From: Trypanosoma brucei
Lineage: Eukaryota
Assembly: GCA_000002445.1 (NCBI GenBank)
Contig: CM000207.1
Coordinates: forward strand, 928,001 to 992,000
Direction of reading: 5' to 3'
Length of the DNA stretch: 64,000 bases
This document shows, piece after piece, positions 11,593-22,256 of the stretch. Numbering within the stretch: position 1 is the stretch's first letter; every line of letters starts with the position of its first letter. Below the pieces are notes generated by a model. The model worked only from the letters and a program-made list of their open reading frames with translations. It made no database searches and was not told where the DNA came from. The translations under genes and the position numbers were made by a program.

Positions 11593-12659
11593 AATGTGTC
11601 TCGTTTTAATTTTTGTTTTGACTTCTACCTGTGATTTATTATTAATTGTTTTGTTGGGTCGTTCTTCTGGTGTATACAAGGTTTTGTCGTCTCTCCTGTG
11701 TGCCTTACCGGCTTTACTGTTCGTGACGCGTTAAAGCAGCCGCGGAGTGAACAAGTAGCGGTGTTTGGGAAATGGGTTTGGCGGCACTGGATTTACTTTT
11801 CCCTTCCCCCTCTGAGTTTTTTAGCGATCTTTACTTGTTTCCTTTTTGATTGCCCATCACTGCCACTGATATGATACTCACGTTATTCTATTGTGAGATG
11901 TATCAGGTGTGCTGGAAACGCTTTCAGTGGTTCTGATGTTGTAGGGTAAACGATTTCGGCGGCTTTATATCTAAGTTCCACTATGTATGAGGATACTTTG
12001 CATTACTTATATATACATATCTATACTTTTCGTTTTATCTCTTTTTTTTTCTAATTTACCACAATATGTTCGATTTCCCACATGTGTAGACACGCCATTA
12101 GGGAGGCGGAAAGCGAAAGCGTGCGTAATATTTATGTGGGGAAGCGTGGTAAGTTTGATTTGGATAGCCAGTCGGGAACAAATGACGAGGTCTCGGGAAG
12201 GGAAAGGGGAAACGGATGGAGAAGTACAAACTTTTAACGTGTGGTGACTGCATTTTTTTTTCCTTTGAGGGAAGACAGGGAGTTAACTGACACACCGAGA
12301 ATGGTGACGGAAACTATTCCAGTCACACGAACACCAGGGAGGGTATATGCTCGTCGCACTTTTCTTGTGCCCCCGCTGCATATATGCGTGTGTGCATGTA
12401 TAGTAGGTAATCTCTTTCTACTTCATCGCTTCTTGCATTTACATTGTCGTTTTTGTATTATTATTATTATTTTTTTTTTTTTTTGGTATACGTGATTGTA
12501 TACATTTGTACGCACGCGCCGGATGGTGATAATTTTTGTAGAAGTAAGGAGATAACTGGAGTAGGAAGCCCAGACGTGAAGTGTTGCGCCCGATCAGGCC
12601 TTCACGCACTGGATTTATTTTTCTTTTGGCGTTTACTTCTCGACGGTGCCTCTGGGTGG

Positions 12660-14036
12660 ATGTATGGCATTAGTGAAGATGGTGGGGCTTTTGCTGAGTG
12701 TTATTTTGCACAGTACCCACTAGGAATGGGCAAAACGCCACCACCGCCATTTGTTCGCGAAGCGGTTCTTGCCCTACGGAAACATACAGACCGCTCTCCA
12801 CCTTCTTCTACAGATAAATCGCTAGCACTTGTACCGGCGACGGCAGCACTTTCGAGTCACGAAGCCACAGAGGGTAATGTTTCGGGTAATTCGGACAAGC
12901 TTGCGCAAACAACGGAGAGGACACGTGAGGCGTTAGAACTGGTGTTGCAGGAGCGCCGGAAAGAAGAGGAAGAAAGGGACTTCAGTGGCCGAAACCTAAA
13001 GCGTGGCCAGCGAAAAAAGCCAGCACTTGAGTTGACCCTCTCCGCTGACGTTGCAGCCGTTGGGATGCACGACCCGGCACCCATTGTGCGATCTCCTACC
13101 AAAGTCCCAAAAGAGCCAGCAGATTTCTCCGGCGATCGTAATGGAAATACATCTTCTGCCAGTACCACCGTCGTGCCGTTCAGCATTAGCAACTGGAAGA
13201 ATAAACGCAAGTTGATCATATCCCTGGAGCAGCGCATTGCTCAGCACGCCGAGGCTCGACCGGTGGGTGGTGAGAGTATTAGCGATAATGTGATGCAGCT
13301 GGCCGTTGCGATGCAGCAGGCAAGAAAAGAGGTGGAAGCCGAACAACTTGCCCGTGAGAAGGCGCGAATGGAAGAAGAGGAACGACGGCAGGCGGAGCGG
13401 GAGGCCGAAGCTACCCAGCGGGCGAAAGAAATACTGGAGAAAACGGCATCAGATGCATTGCATTCATCAGGTGACAGAAAGAAAGAAACTCGAGAAGAAC
13501 GGCTTGAGCGTATTCGGCTGGAGAGGGAGCTGCGGGAGCGAGAGAAGCAGCAAGAATTGCGGCAACGTCGTTTGGCCAAGGCTGCCACGCGCTTAGGCAT
13601 GTCAGTGGAGGCGCTTGAAGCCGATGAGGAACTGTTGAAGAATATTGATAACCCAACAACTACCCGTATTGGCGCTGGTTCCGACTATATTTGCCCTCCT
13701 AGTGGTGGCGGCGTATCGACAGGGAACAAAGCCGCTGGAGCAGGCCAAAGTGAATATGGTGAGCGCCCGCCAACGCTACACGCTGACGAATTGGAGGAGG
13801 ACACTCGCCCCCCTGGAACCTGCGGCATCCGTAAAGGTGTTTTTGGCTCAGCGGTCATAAGTAACGAGGGTATCCGTCGCGAGATGGAAGCACTGGCTAA
13901 GTTGGAAGAGGGAGGGAGTGAGCCAAAGGATGGGCTGCGGCTTGTCGGTGACGATGACCTGTCAAGCGGCGATGATGAAGATGATGGGTTAGGAATGGAC
14001 AAACTCATGAAGAAGAAAAAGAAGCGCCGTCTGTAG
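12660..14036 (+). CDS. SNW/SKIP-domain protein (Prp45/SNW1-like splicing factor homologue) with a charged coiled-coil and an acidic, Lys-rich C-terminus
   Basis: Contains the diagnostic SNWKN motif (PFSISNWKNKRKLIISLEQRIA), followed by a long KE/R-rich helix-like region. The track ORF begins at 12444, but its first 70 codons translate a polypyrimidine tract (YYYYYFFFF). I moved the start to the first ATG after that tract (12660). The true start could be the later MGKTPPPP. Confidence 0.5.
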   Translation: MYGISEDGGAFAECYFAQYPLGMGKTPPPPFVREAVLALRKHTDRSPPSSTDKSLALVPATAALSSHEATEGNVSGNSDKLAQTTERTREALELVLQERRKEEEERDFSGRNLKRGQRKKPALELTLSADVAAVGMHDPAPIVRSPTKVPKEPADFSGDRNGNTSSASTTVVPFSISNWKNKRKLIISLEQRIAQHAEARPVGGESISDNVMQLAVAMQQARKEVEAEQLAREKARMEEEERRQAEREAEATQRAKEILEKTASDALHSSGDRKKETREERLERIRLERELREREKQQELRQRRLAKAATRLGMSVEALEADEELLKNIDNPTTTRIGAGSDYICPPSGGGVSTGNKAAGAGQSEYGERPPTLHADELEEDTRPPGTCGIRKGVFGSAVISNEGIRREMEALAKLEEGGSEPKDGLRLVGDDDLSSGDDEDDGLGMDKLMKKKKKRRL

Positions 14037-14612
14037 CGGCACAATTGTTTCTTCTTCCAGTGTGTATACTTGTGTGGTCGTTCCTTATTTGTTACTTCCC
14101 TTTGGCAGTGTTGGAGTTCTTTATGAGGGTACAGACATCTGGCTCTGCTTTAGGTTGTGTTTGGTTGAGCGTTTTTTTTTTTTTAGAATTCCTTTTCCGT
14201 TGGGTATTCCCATTTCCTCTTTCTGTTGAACTGTTTTTTTTTCTCCATCATAAGAAAAGGGAGAAGAGTTGTAGGGCTAGTGTGTGAAGAGTTTGTTTAC
14301 CAATAGGAGACACACACTTGAGGAAATAAAAGACGCGTATCGTACGGCAGGTAATTAAAGGCTAAAGTGTAATAGACGGATACAAGAAAGTGTGTGGACT
14401 CAGATCACTCTCACGGGCTCGCACACTCTCTGCATTACAATATTTTTCTTTTTATCACTGTCCTCCATTGGATTTTGGTATTGTCACTACTCTTGACATC
14501 ACGGGCCACCAGACATATTTAACCGGACCTAGCCTCGGCTAACTGTTTAATACACCGAAGACGACGACGGAGGACGCTTAAATCTTCGTGTTGTTTCTTT
14601 CGGCGTGTTGTA

Positions 14613-15692
14613 ATGCACCGTGCTAATATTATATTACGCACTGCGGTCACGGCCGCCAATGCCAATGCCGTATTGACAGGGGAAGGTCGGCCCTTCTCTA
14701 TGGTGACACGGGAGGTTAAGGCCATGCAGAATCACATTTCCAGCCTTGTCGCTAACAAGGAAAATGAAGTGCTGGATTACGCCGGTAAGTACGTGCTGTC
14801 GTCTGGGGGAAAGCTGCTGCGGCCCACATTAGTAGCAATGATGGCCCATGCACTCGTGCCGCCGCACATGAGTCAGCAGTTTCAGGCCAGTGATATTGGA
14901 TCACTAGACGATATTCCTTCCGGCACGATCCGCCCCTTTTTGCGGCTTGGGGAGGTTACAGAACTTATACACACCGCTGCGTTGGTACACGATGATGTGA
15001 TTGACGATAGTGAGATGCGCCGCGGGAAGCCTGCACTGCATTGCGTGCACGATGTCAAGCGTGCCGTGCTCGCGGGTGACTTCCTGCTAGCGCGGGCCTC
15101 ACTGTGGATTGCTTCCCTATGTGTCCCTCGCATAGTGGTGTTGATGACCACAGCTTTAGAGGACTTAACGCGTGGGGAGATGATGCAAATGGAGGGCTGC
15201 TTTGATCTTGAAAGGTACGAAGAGAAGACGTACTGTAAGACGGGTTCGCTTATTGCTAATTCCCTAGCAGCCACGGCGGTGCTTGCGGATCCCTCGAACT
15301 CTGCCCATGAAGTCGCTGCTGGGGAGTATGGCAGGCGGTTAGGCATTGCATTTCAAATCGTGGACGACTGCCTCGACATCACAGGAGATGAAAAAAACCT
15401 TGGAAAACGGACAATGGTGGATATGAAGGCAGGAATCGCCACCTTACCCACTCTTCTCGCCGCGAGGCAGGACAGTAAAGTGGATGCCGCAGTGCGCCGC
15501 CGCTTTAAGGAGCCCGGCGACGCGGAGATTTGTGTGGAGGCTATCGAGCGTCACGGTTGTGTTATGGAGGCGTTACAGCACGCAGATCAGCACTGCCGAC
15601 GTGGCATTGCGGCGCTACGCACTCTGCATGAGTCGCCTGCTCGTGAGCGGCTAGAAGCGGCGATGAATCTCCTCCTGACACGGGAATTGTGA
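14613..15692 (+). CDS. SPPS: Trans-polyprenyl diphosphate synthase, probably solanesyl-diphosphate synthase for the ubiquinone side chain
   Basis: First aspartate-rich motif LVHDDVIDDSEMRRGKP and second motif FQIVDDCLD. Chain-length-determining region. GDFLLARA. Confidence 0.8.
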   Translation: MHRANIILRTAVTAANANAVLTGEGRPFSMVTREVKAMQNHISSLVANKENEVLDYAGKYVLSSGGKLLRPTLVAMMAHALVPPHMSQQFQASDIGSLDDIPSGTIRPFLRLGEVTELIHTAALVHDDVIDDSEMRRGKPALHCVHDVKRAVLAGDFLLARASLWIASLCVPRIVVLMTTALEDLTRGEMMQMEGCFDLERYEEKTYCKTGSLIANSLAATAVLADPSNSAHEVAAGEYGRRLGIAFQIVDDCLDITGDEKNLGKRTMVDMKAGIATLPTLLAARQDSKVDAAVRRRFKEPGDAEICVEAIERHGCVMEALQHADQHCRRGIAALRTLHESPARERLEAAMNLLLTREL

Positions 15693-16347
15693 GCGCATCA
15701 TTTTTACTCTTTCTTCCCTCCCCCCCCCACACACTCGGCAACAGTTCCCCCTCTCTGTTAAGATCTGCTGCGATTTGGTTCAGCGACATTTTATTTGTAG
15801 GCCCGTGCCACCTTTTCCTTCCAAGTTTTGGTTCTATGGATAACATGAATACGTGTAATTCGTCCACACTTGTCCTACATTTTTGTTCCTTTTCAATTTT
15901 GTTTACCCTGTACTGTTAATCCGCATTGGCGCGCTTTGGAGAGTTACATGAGGGAAGAGAGGCGCTTGTGTCTTATTTCTTATTCCAATCTGTTGCAGGA
16001 TTGTGCGTGGATTTAGGCCTCCCCGTATCGTCCGTCGTTGGATCCTGGTTTAGTATCTGCTGTCACTATTTTGCACCCTTTTACCTTTTTTCTGGTGTCC
16101 CATTTGTTAAGTTGGCTGTAATCGGCTTTTAAACCTCAAGGCGCTTTGAAAGAATAGTTTACAACTTTGTTTCCTATTGAACCATTCGTTTAGTACTGTC
16201 AAAGGAAGCAAAGGTGTGAAGAAGAAGAAAGGACAAAAAACCGAAGAAGCGTATTATTTATTCATCTATTTATTTATTAGTTAGTGATACCACGCAGATT
16301 CAATATCGAAGCATTGATCAACCGTGATTGAACATTTAAAAAAATCA

Positions 16348-19326
16348 ATGATGCGCCGTGCTTCTTACTGCGCGGGCCATGCCTTCACTTCGCTCACCGT
16401 CGTTGGGTCCCGTCGATTCTTTCAGGGTGAAAGATGTGAAGCGGAAATTGTAAAACTGACAAAGGAGCGCGGCATCTTCAGTGATGCCTCAGTCGAAGCT
16501 TCTGTGCACCAGTTGATGTCTCGACTCTCCGACAGCCCATATGTTCGTCATTACACGGATGCAGAAGTATCGGCGCATGCTCACGGGTTTCTTTGTGCAA
16601 AGGCAAGGAGTGCACTGGGTGAGCCGTTTGAGCATTTTCACGAAAGTGACGATTCGGCCTTCTACATTTGCCGAAAGGACCAGGCAAGTCAGCTGCGAGC
16701 CGTGCGGCAGTTGACCAAGTTTGTCAGCCGCGAAAGGGAAACCAAACAATCTGTCTCTGTGCGTTGTTACACTGCCGGTGACAGTGACATTGCCGTCTTC
16801 ACCGCCAAAATACGTCCTTTTGTGAACCCCAATCCGGAAAAGGGTGAAACGGACATCGGACAACTTGCGAGTTCCGCTTTTTTGGAGGAGCGTTCACCAG
16901 AGATGCAGGAGCGATATCAGGACCTCATCAACCGCTTCCACGAATCAGTTGTTCCAGTTCACACTGTGCGCGAAGTGGATGGTGAAGTTTGTTTTTCCAT
17001 GATCATGGCCGCAGACCGCTCCTACTACATCGCGACGTTGCAGACAGTCATACAGGAGATCCCCGGCGCTGTCGTCACACGCTGTTTCTCGGAGACTTTT
17101 TCCAATGACACTCATGTTTACACGTATTTTGTTCGAGGTGCTACAAGTCAGCAGCTTAGCGATCGCGCCTCTCTAGTGCCCTTCCTTCCCACCCGCCCCC
17201 GCAGTTTGATTACGCGCCTTCACGAGGATATGGTGTTCAACACGGAACAAACAGTGTACACGGATGCTGCAGTCATTTTCGCCTTCTACTTTACCCCACA
17301 GCCGACATCCGAAGATTATCGTCATCTACGCAGTTTGGTGTCGAAGGAACCCAACGGATTGAGTCGTCTCAACAATCTTCGCACAACACTCAGTCTCGAG
17401 ATGATGTCGGAGCGGTATATCCTCACACTCATCTCCACTTACCCCGAGTTCATGAAGGAGATATATGAGGATTTCCAAGTTGGCACCACACACGAGCGAC
17501 GCTGTGCAATCCGGGAAAAAATCACCACCCGCTTCAGGGAGGATCAGCGCTCCGAGCACGACTTGGGCATCTTCAATGCATTTCTGCAGTTCAACGAGGT
17601 GGTTTTAAAGCACAATTTCTTTAAACAGCATAAGGTGGCGCTCTGTTTCCGCCTCGACCCTTCTTTTCTTCGTTCATTGGGGTACCCACGAGTACCACAT
17701 GGTGTTTTTCTTCTCGCTGGCGCGCAGTGGCGTGGATTCCATGTGCGCTTTACCGACATCGCCCGCGGCGGTGTGCGCATGATTATTTCGAAGGACACCA
17801 TGTACCGCCGAAACAAGCGCTCTGTTTTCCAGGAAAACTACAACCTTGCCCTCACCCAGTTGCTGAAGAATAAGGACATACCGGAGGGTGGCAGCAAGGG
17901 AACCATTCTTGTCTCATCTCGCTACCTGAATACATTCAACCAGCCTCTTTGTGAGAGGATTTTCTTGCAGTATGCTGATGCACTATTGGATGTTGTCATT
18001 CCAGGAGAGGAAGGTATCGTCGATCGACTGAAGACACCAGAGATCATTTTCCTTGGGCCTGATGAACACACGGCAGGCACTTTCCCGTCCGTTGGCTCTC
18101 TGTTCAGCAAGAAGCGCGGGTACAGTGCGTGGAAATCCTTTACAACTGGTAAGGATGCTTCACTGGGAGGTATTCCTCACGATACTTATGCCATGACAAC
18201 TCGTTCAGTCCGTACGATGGTTCGTGGGGTGTATGAGAAACTTGGACTCGATGAAGCAAGTCAGACAAAGTTTCAGACAGGTGGCCCGGACGGTGATCTT
18301 GGCTCCAATGAGATTCTGCTGAGCAAGGAAAAGACACTGGCGGTATTGGATATTTCAGCCTCACTTTTTGATCCCGAGGGACTCAACAAGGAGGAGCTGA
18401 AGCGCCTCGCAACTGCGCGAAAACAACTGCGGGACTTTGATAAGTCCAAATTGTCATCGAAAGGTTTCCTTGTACTGACAGGGGATAAGAACGTGACGCT
18501 CCCAGATGGTACACACGTCAGCGATGGCGTCTCATTCCGTGATGAGTTCCATCTTACGAAGTACAGTGCCGCCGATGTGTTTGTGCCATGCGGTGGGCGT
18601 CCCCGCAGCGTTACGCTTGCAAATGTTGGTCGATTCCTCAACTTAAGCGCCGCTGACAACGACTCTCTACTTGCTGGGGGCAGCATTCAGCTAAAAACCC
18701 CGAAATACAAGATAATTGTGGAGGGTGCCAACCTTTTTATATCGCAGGATGCGCGTCTTGCTATCGAGCGCTGCGGTATTGTTTTGATTAAGGATGCATC
18801 TGCAAATAAGGGTGGTGTCACTTCCTCATCACTTGAGGTGTATGCGGGGCTGGCGCTTTCCGACGAGGAGCACGCGCAGCACATGTGCGTCAAGGATCCT
18901 AACAATGTGCCGGAGTTCTACAAGAAGTATGTGCTAGACATTATTGAGCGCATTGAAAGTAACGCCCGCCGTGAGTTTGAGGCCATCTGGCGTGAACAAC
19001 AGGTACAAGAAGGGATGCCCAAGACTCTCATTGCCGACTCACTAAGCGAGAAAAATGTAAGAGTGCGTGCCAGTATTCTTTCGAGTGACATGTGTGAGAA
19101 CAAAGAACTCGTTCGCTACGTTCTCAGCAAGTACACCCCCAAAACTCTACTTGAAGTGGTCCCACTCGAAACACTAATGGAGCGCGTGCCCCTCGAGTAC
19201 CAAAAGGCCATTTGTGCAATGTGGCTTGCATCGGAGTATGTGTATACCACCGGCATCAGCGGTAATGAATTTGACTTCTTTACTTTCATGACAAAACACA
19301 TGGAGCAGGCCAAGCACATCTCTTAA
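16348..19326 (+). CDS. GDH: Large NAD-specific glutamate dehydrogenase (GDH2-type, ~990 aa)
   Basis: ELFV-dehydrogenase catalytic core (HVRFTDIARGGVRM, GGSKGTI, GPDGDLGSNE, EGANLFISQDARL) embedded in a ~1000-aa protein. This size is typical of the large NAD-GDH family. The track ORF starts at GTG 16324. The first ATG is 16348. Confidence 0.8.
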   Translation: MMRRASYCAGHAFTSLTVVGSRRFFQGERCEAEIVKLTKERGIFSDASVEASVHQLMSRLSDSPYVRHYTDAEVSAHAHGFLCAKARSALGEPFEHFHESDDSAFYICRKDQASQLRAVRQLTKFVSRERETKQSVSVRCYTAGDSDIAVFTAKIRPFVNPNPEKGETDIGQLASSAFLEERSPEMQERYQDLINRFHESVVPVHTVREVDGEVCFSMIMAADRSYYIATLQTVIQEIPGAVVTRCFSETFSNDTHVYTYFVRGATSQQLSDRASLVPFLPTRPRSLITRLHEDMVFNTEQTVYTDAAVIFAFYFTPQPTSEDYRHLRSLVSKEPNGLSRLNNLRTTLSLEMMSERYILTLISTYPEFMKEIYEDFQVGTTHERRCAIREKITTRFREDQRSEHDLGIFNAFLQFNEVVLKHNFFKQHKVALCFRLDPSFLRSLGYPRVPHGVFLLAGAQWRGFHVRFTDIARGGVRMIISKDTMYRRNKRSVFQENYNLALTQLLKNKDIPEGGSKGTILVSSRYLNTFNQPLCERIFLQYADALLDVVIPGEEGIVDRLKTPEIIFLGPDEHTAGTFPSVGSLFSKKRGYSAWKSFTTGKDASLGGIPHDTYAMTTRSVRTMVRGVYEKLGLDEASQTKFQTGGPDGDLGSNEILLSKEKTLAVLDISASLFDPEGLNKEELKRLATARKQLRDFDKSKLSSKGFLVLTGDKNVTLPDGTHVSDGVSFRDEFHLTKYSAADVFVPCGGRPRSVTLANVGRFLNLSAADNDSLLAGGSIQLKTPKYKIIVEGANLFISQDARLAIERCGIVLIKDASANKGGVTSSSLEVYAGLALSDEEHAQHMCVKDPNNVPEFYKKYVLDIIERIESNARREFEAIWREQQVQEGMPKTLIADSLSEKNVRVRASILSSDMCENKELVRYVLSKYTPKTLLEVVPLETLMERVPLEYQKAICAMWLASEYVYTTGISGNEFDFFTFMTKHMEQAKHIS

Positions 19327-21689
19327 ATGTTTCACCAATTCGATGAAATTAGTGAGTTAACAAACCAATCATACGGGAGGAAACTGCAGCAGTATCTTTA
19401 TACACGCACATAGTTATGTGCATGTATATTTGTATATGCGTGTGTGTGGGAGACATTTGAGGGAAGAAGATACAAATTTGAAGATGGGAAGGAAACAAAA
19501 TTCAAGAAGAAAAACGAGTGAAAGGGCATTAGCTAAAGAAAAAGACGATAAACGCACACAAAAAAAAATACACCAGTAGATGGAGAAAACGTTTATTTAT
19601 TTTTTTTTACTTTTTTTTACTTGTTTGAAGTGTGAACGGGTGGCACGTAACCAGTGGGGCAGGGGGGGGGAAACAAATGGAAATGTTTAAAATTTAAAAA
19701 AAAACTGAAACCCGCTAAAGTTTAGGTGGTGAATTTGTGCTTGCGTTTGTAACCAACTGTAAATATGTATAGAAAATATCCATGCATATTTATTTTTTTA
19801 ATTAAATTATGGTTTATGCATGTAATAATGCAGTGAAACATGAAGAGATGAAATTGTATTGGTATATGGGCCCTGGTTTTCAGGTAACAGAATCTGTACG
19901 CGTGTTTAGTGGGTTACTTTTTCTTCTTTTCTCCCGTTTCCCTTTCTCTTTTAGTGATGGTGCTAACAATAATTATAAATATATTTATATTTCTTTACTT
20001 TATTCCGTCTTCCACCTGATCATTATGTTCAGGTGTAGGCATTAGGGAGGGGCGGGTGATGTGATGTGTGTGGTGTGTATGTGGGGAAGACAACACATAA
20101 ATTTCATTTGTGCATTTCCCCCTCCCCCCCCTCTCCTTCTTCCTCCTTTCTTTCCTTCGAAATCTGCAGAAACAAAAAATAATGGTTATGATGACGATAC
20201 GGAAGAAGACGGAAGGGTGGATGCACTGGTAGAAGTAAAAGTAGTGGGAAAGGGGGAGAACGTTAAGTTAAGGTAACGTGAGACAGGGTAAAGAAGAATA
20301 TATATATATATATAATTTGATAAACAAATGTTGAAAAAAAAACGCAACGACGCCATGCAATTTGAGCGTGTACCAGTTCTCCATTGGAGTGATAAACGGC
20401 ATCAGGTCTAGTTTACAGCTTTAACTTTTTTTTACTTTTTGTGTGCTATTTTCTTTCTCTTTTTCGTTCTCTTTTTACTATTATTATTATTTTGTTTTGA
20501 GGGTAGAACTTCTCCGACTTTATCGTTTCTTCCTTTGGTAGAAGGTTATCCACCATTTATTATTATTTTTTTGTTTTCCCTCTTTTTTCTTTATTTTCTC
20601 CTTATTTTTCATGTGGAGTACCGTTTCATTGAGTTTTTATGCAAAGAAAATGAAACTGGCTAAAGGGAAGAGAGAAAGCAACAAACAGTGAAGGAAAAGA
20701 AGAGGAGGGAATCGAATGAATGAATGAATGAATAAACAGGCATTGGCATATAACTTATAACCGCAATAGAAGTATTCCCAATTTTTATGCCACTTGCCTT
20801 CTGTTTTGACTATTAAAGTAATTTTGTTTTTATTTTACTCTTTTTATTTTGTTTTAATTCTTCATTCATTCTTATTCTGACTTTCCATCCCCTCTCCTGC
20901 TTTCGTTTTCATTTTATATCAGCTTTACACACTCAGCAGCCACTCAATAAAATTAGCGAAAAAATGTCGATTACTGTGATGACACCGAAAGAGTTGTAAT
21001 GATCATTTGTCTATGAAATATATATTTGGGGCCGCGCGTGTTTATGTATGCTGAGTGTGTGGATATTTTTTTCTTTTCCTCCCCCATCTAAAGCGTTGTG
21101 GGGGATAAATAATTAGTTTCAGGGATTGAAGGAACGGTGATTGTGTGTGAGAGGAATTGTTTTGGTGTTGTGACAAATTCCGCTGCTATTCAAATTCATT
21201 TATTGCGTTTCGGAGATTGACAGTTGAATCGGCGTTTTGGTGCCGGTGAAACTGCATGCGCAAATAGGAGGACTGTTCTTTTATACCTTTTGGTTTTATT
21301 ATTTTATTTTCCTCACCCATACCCTACGCTTCTTGTTATCGTTTCCCAATTCACTGCGATTGTTAAAGATTAATAAATTCTGCGCGCGGTTGAGTGGTTC
21401 TAGGCAACCTTCTTTTTTTTTTTCTTGTAGTCTCACGCATATAAACTGAACATCGTTTTTTTTTTTGCTCCCTCTTTTTTTTTTGAAAAAAAAAAAGAAG
21501 TTTCATCGGTAAAAGGTCAGAAAAGTGTCATCTTAGCTTGAGAAGTAGGAAAGCAAATAGTAAGGAAGATAAAAATATCAAACAAACAGTCGTAAGCATT
21601 GGTGTAGACAAATATATATACCATCAGAGGTTGTAGTAGAACCTTCTTTTTCATTAAAAACAAAAATCCAAAAAAAAAAGACAAAAATA

Positions 21690-22256
21690 ATGCCTGCTGC
21701 ACCGCTTCCCGGCGAGGTTGCGAAGTTCTGCAGCCCCCTTTACATGCACAAGAGAATACTTAGAGCCGCCGCTCCTAAACCGCCGACAGTTTTCACCGCG
21801 AAAGACAACTCAAAAACGGCTTTTCATGTGGTAACGCAACGACCAGGATTTGCAACCACTCCTTACACTGTCAGTCGTTGGTATCTTAAAGAAAAGGTTC
21901 ACAGCAGCAATAGGAACCGTTTGGAAGGATTGTACGAATGTGTACTTTGCGCCTCATGCACGGGAAGTTGCCCTCAGTATTGGTGGAATCGCGAACTTTT
22001 CCTCGGCCCTGCGGTGCTTCTTCAATCGTACCGGTGGCTGATTGAACCCCTCGACCGTGATTTTGACAGTCGGGTAAAGATGTTTGAACATGGCCCGCTT
22101 GTGAACTTTTGTCATAATATCTTCAACTGCAGCATCACATGCCCAAAGTTTCTCAACCCGGGAATGGCTTCGAAGGAAATTAAGCGCCTTTCATCACCAG
22201 CAACGCTGCGTGTGGGGCCACCGCTGGAGGATGCAAAAGTCGCCTCCAAGTATTAA
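21690..22256 (+). CDS. SDH2C: Succinate dehydrogenase iron-sulfur subunit, C-terminal half (SDH2C). It carries the [4Fe-4S] and [3Fe-4S] cluster cysteine motifs only.
   Basis: CVLCASCTGSCP and CHNIFNCSITCP ferredoxin-type motifs. There is no [2Fe-2S] N-terminal domain. This matches the split SDH2 known in trypanosomatids. Confidence 0.7.
   Translation: MPAAPLPGEVAKFCSPLYMHKRILRAAAPKPPTVFTAKDNSKTAFHVVTQRPGFATTPYTVSRWYLKEKVHSSNRNRLEGLYECVLCASCTGSCPQYWWNRELFLGPAVLLQSYRWLIEPLDRDFDSRVKMFEHGPLVNFCHNIFNCSITCPKFLNPGMASKEIKRLSSPATLRVGPPLEDAKVASKY

Noticed and set aside
12857-14044. Several minus-strand ORFs (up to 126 aa) opposite the SNW/SKIP gene, and 16489-16863 opposite GDH
   Set aside because: Same reasoning: antisense shadows of real genes with no conserved features.
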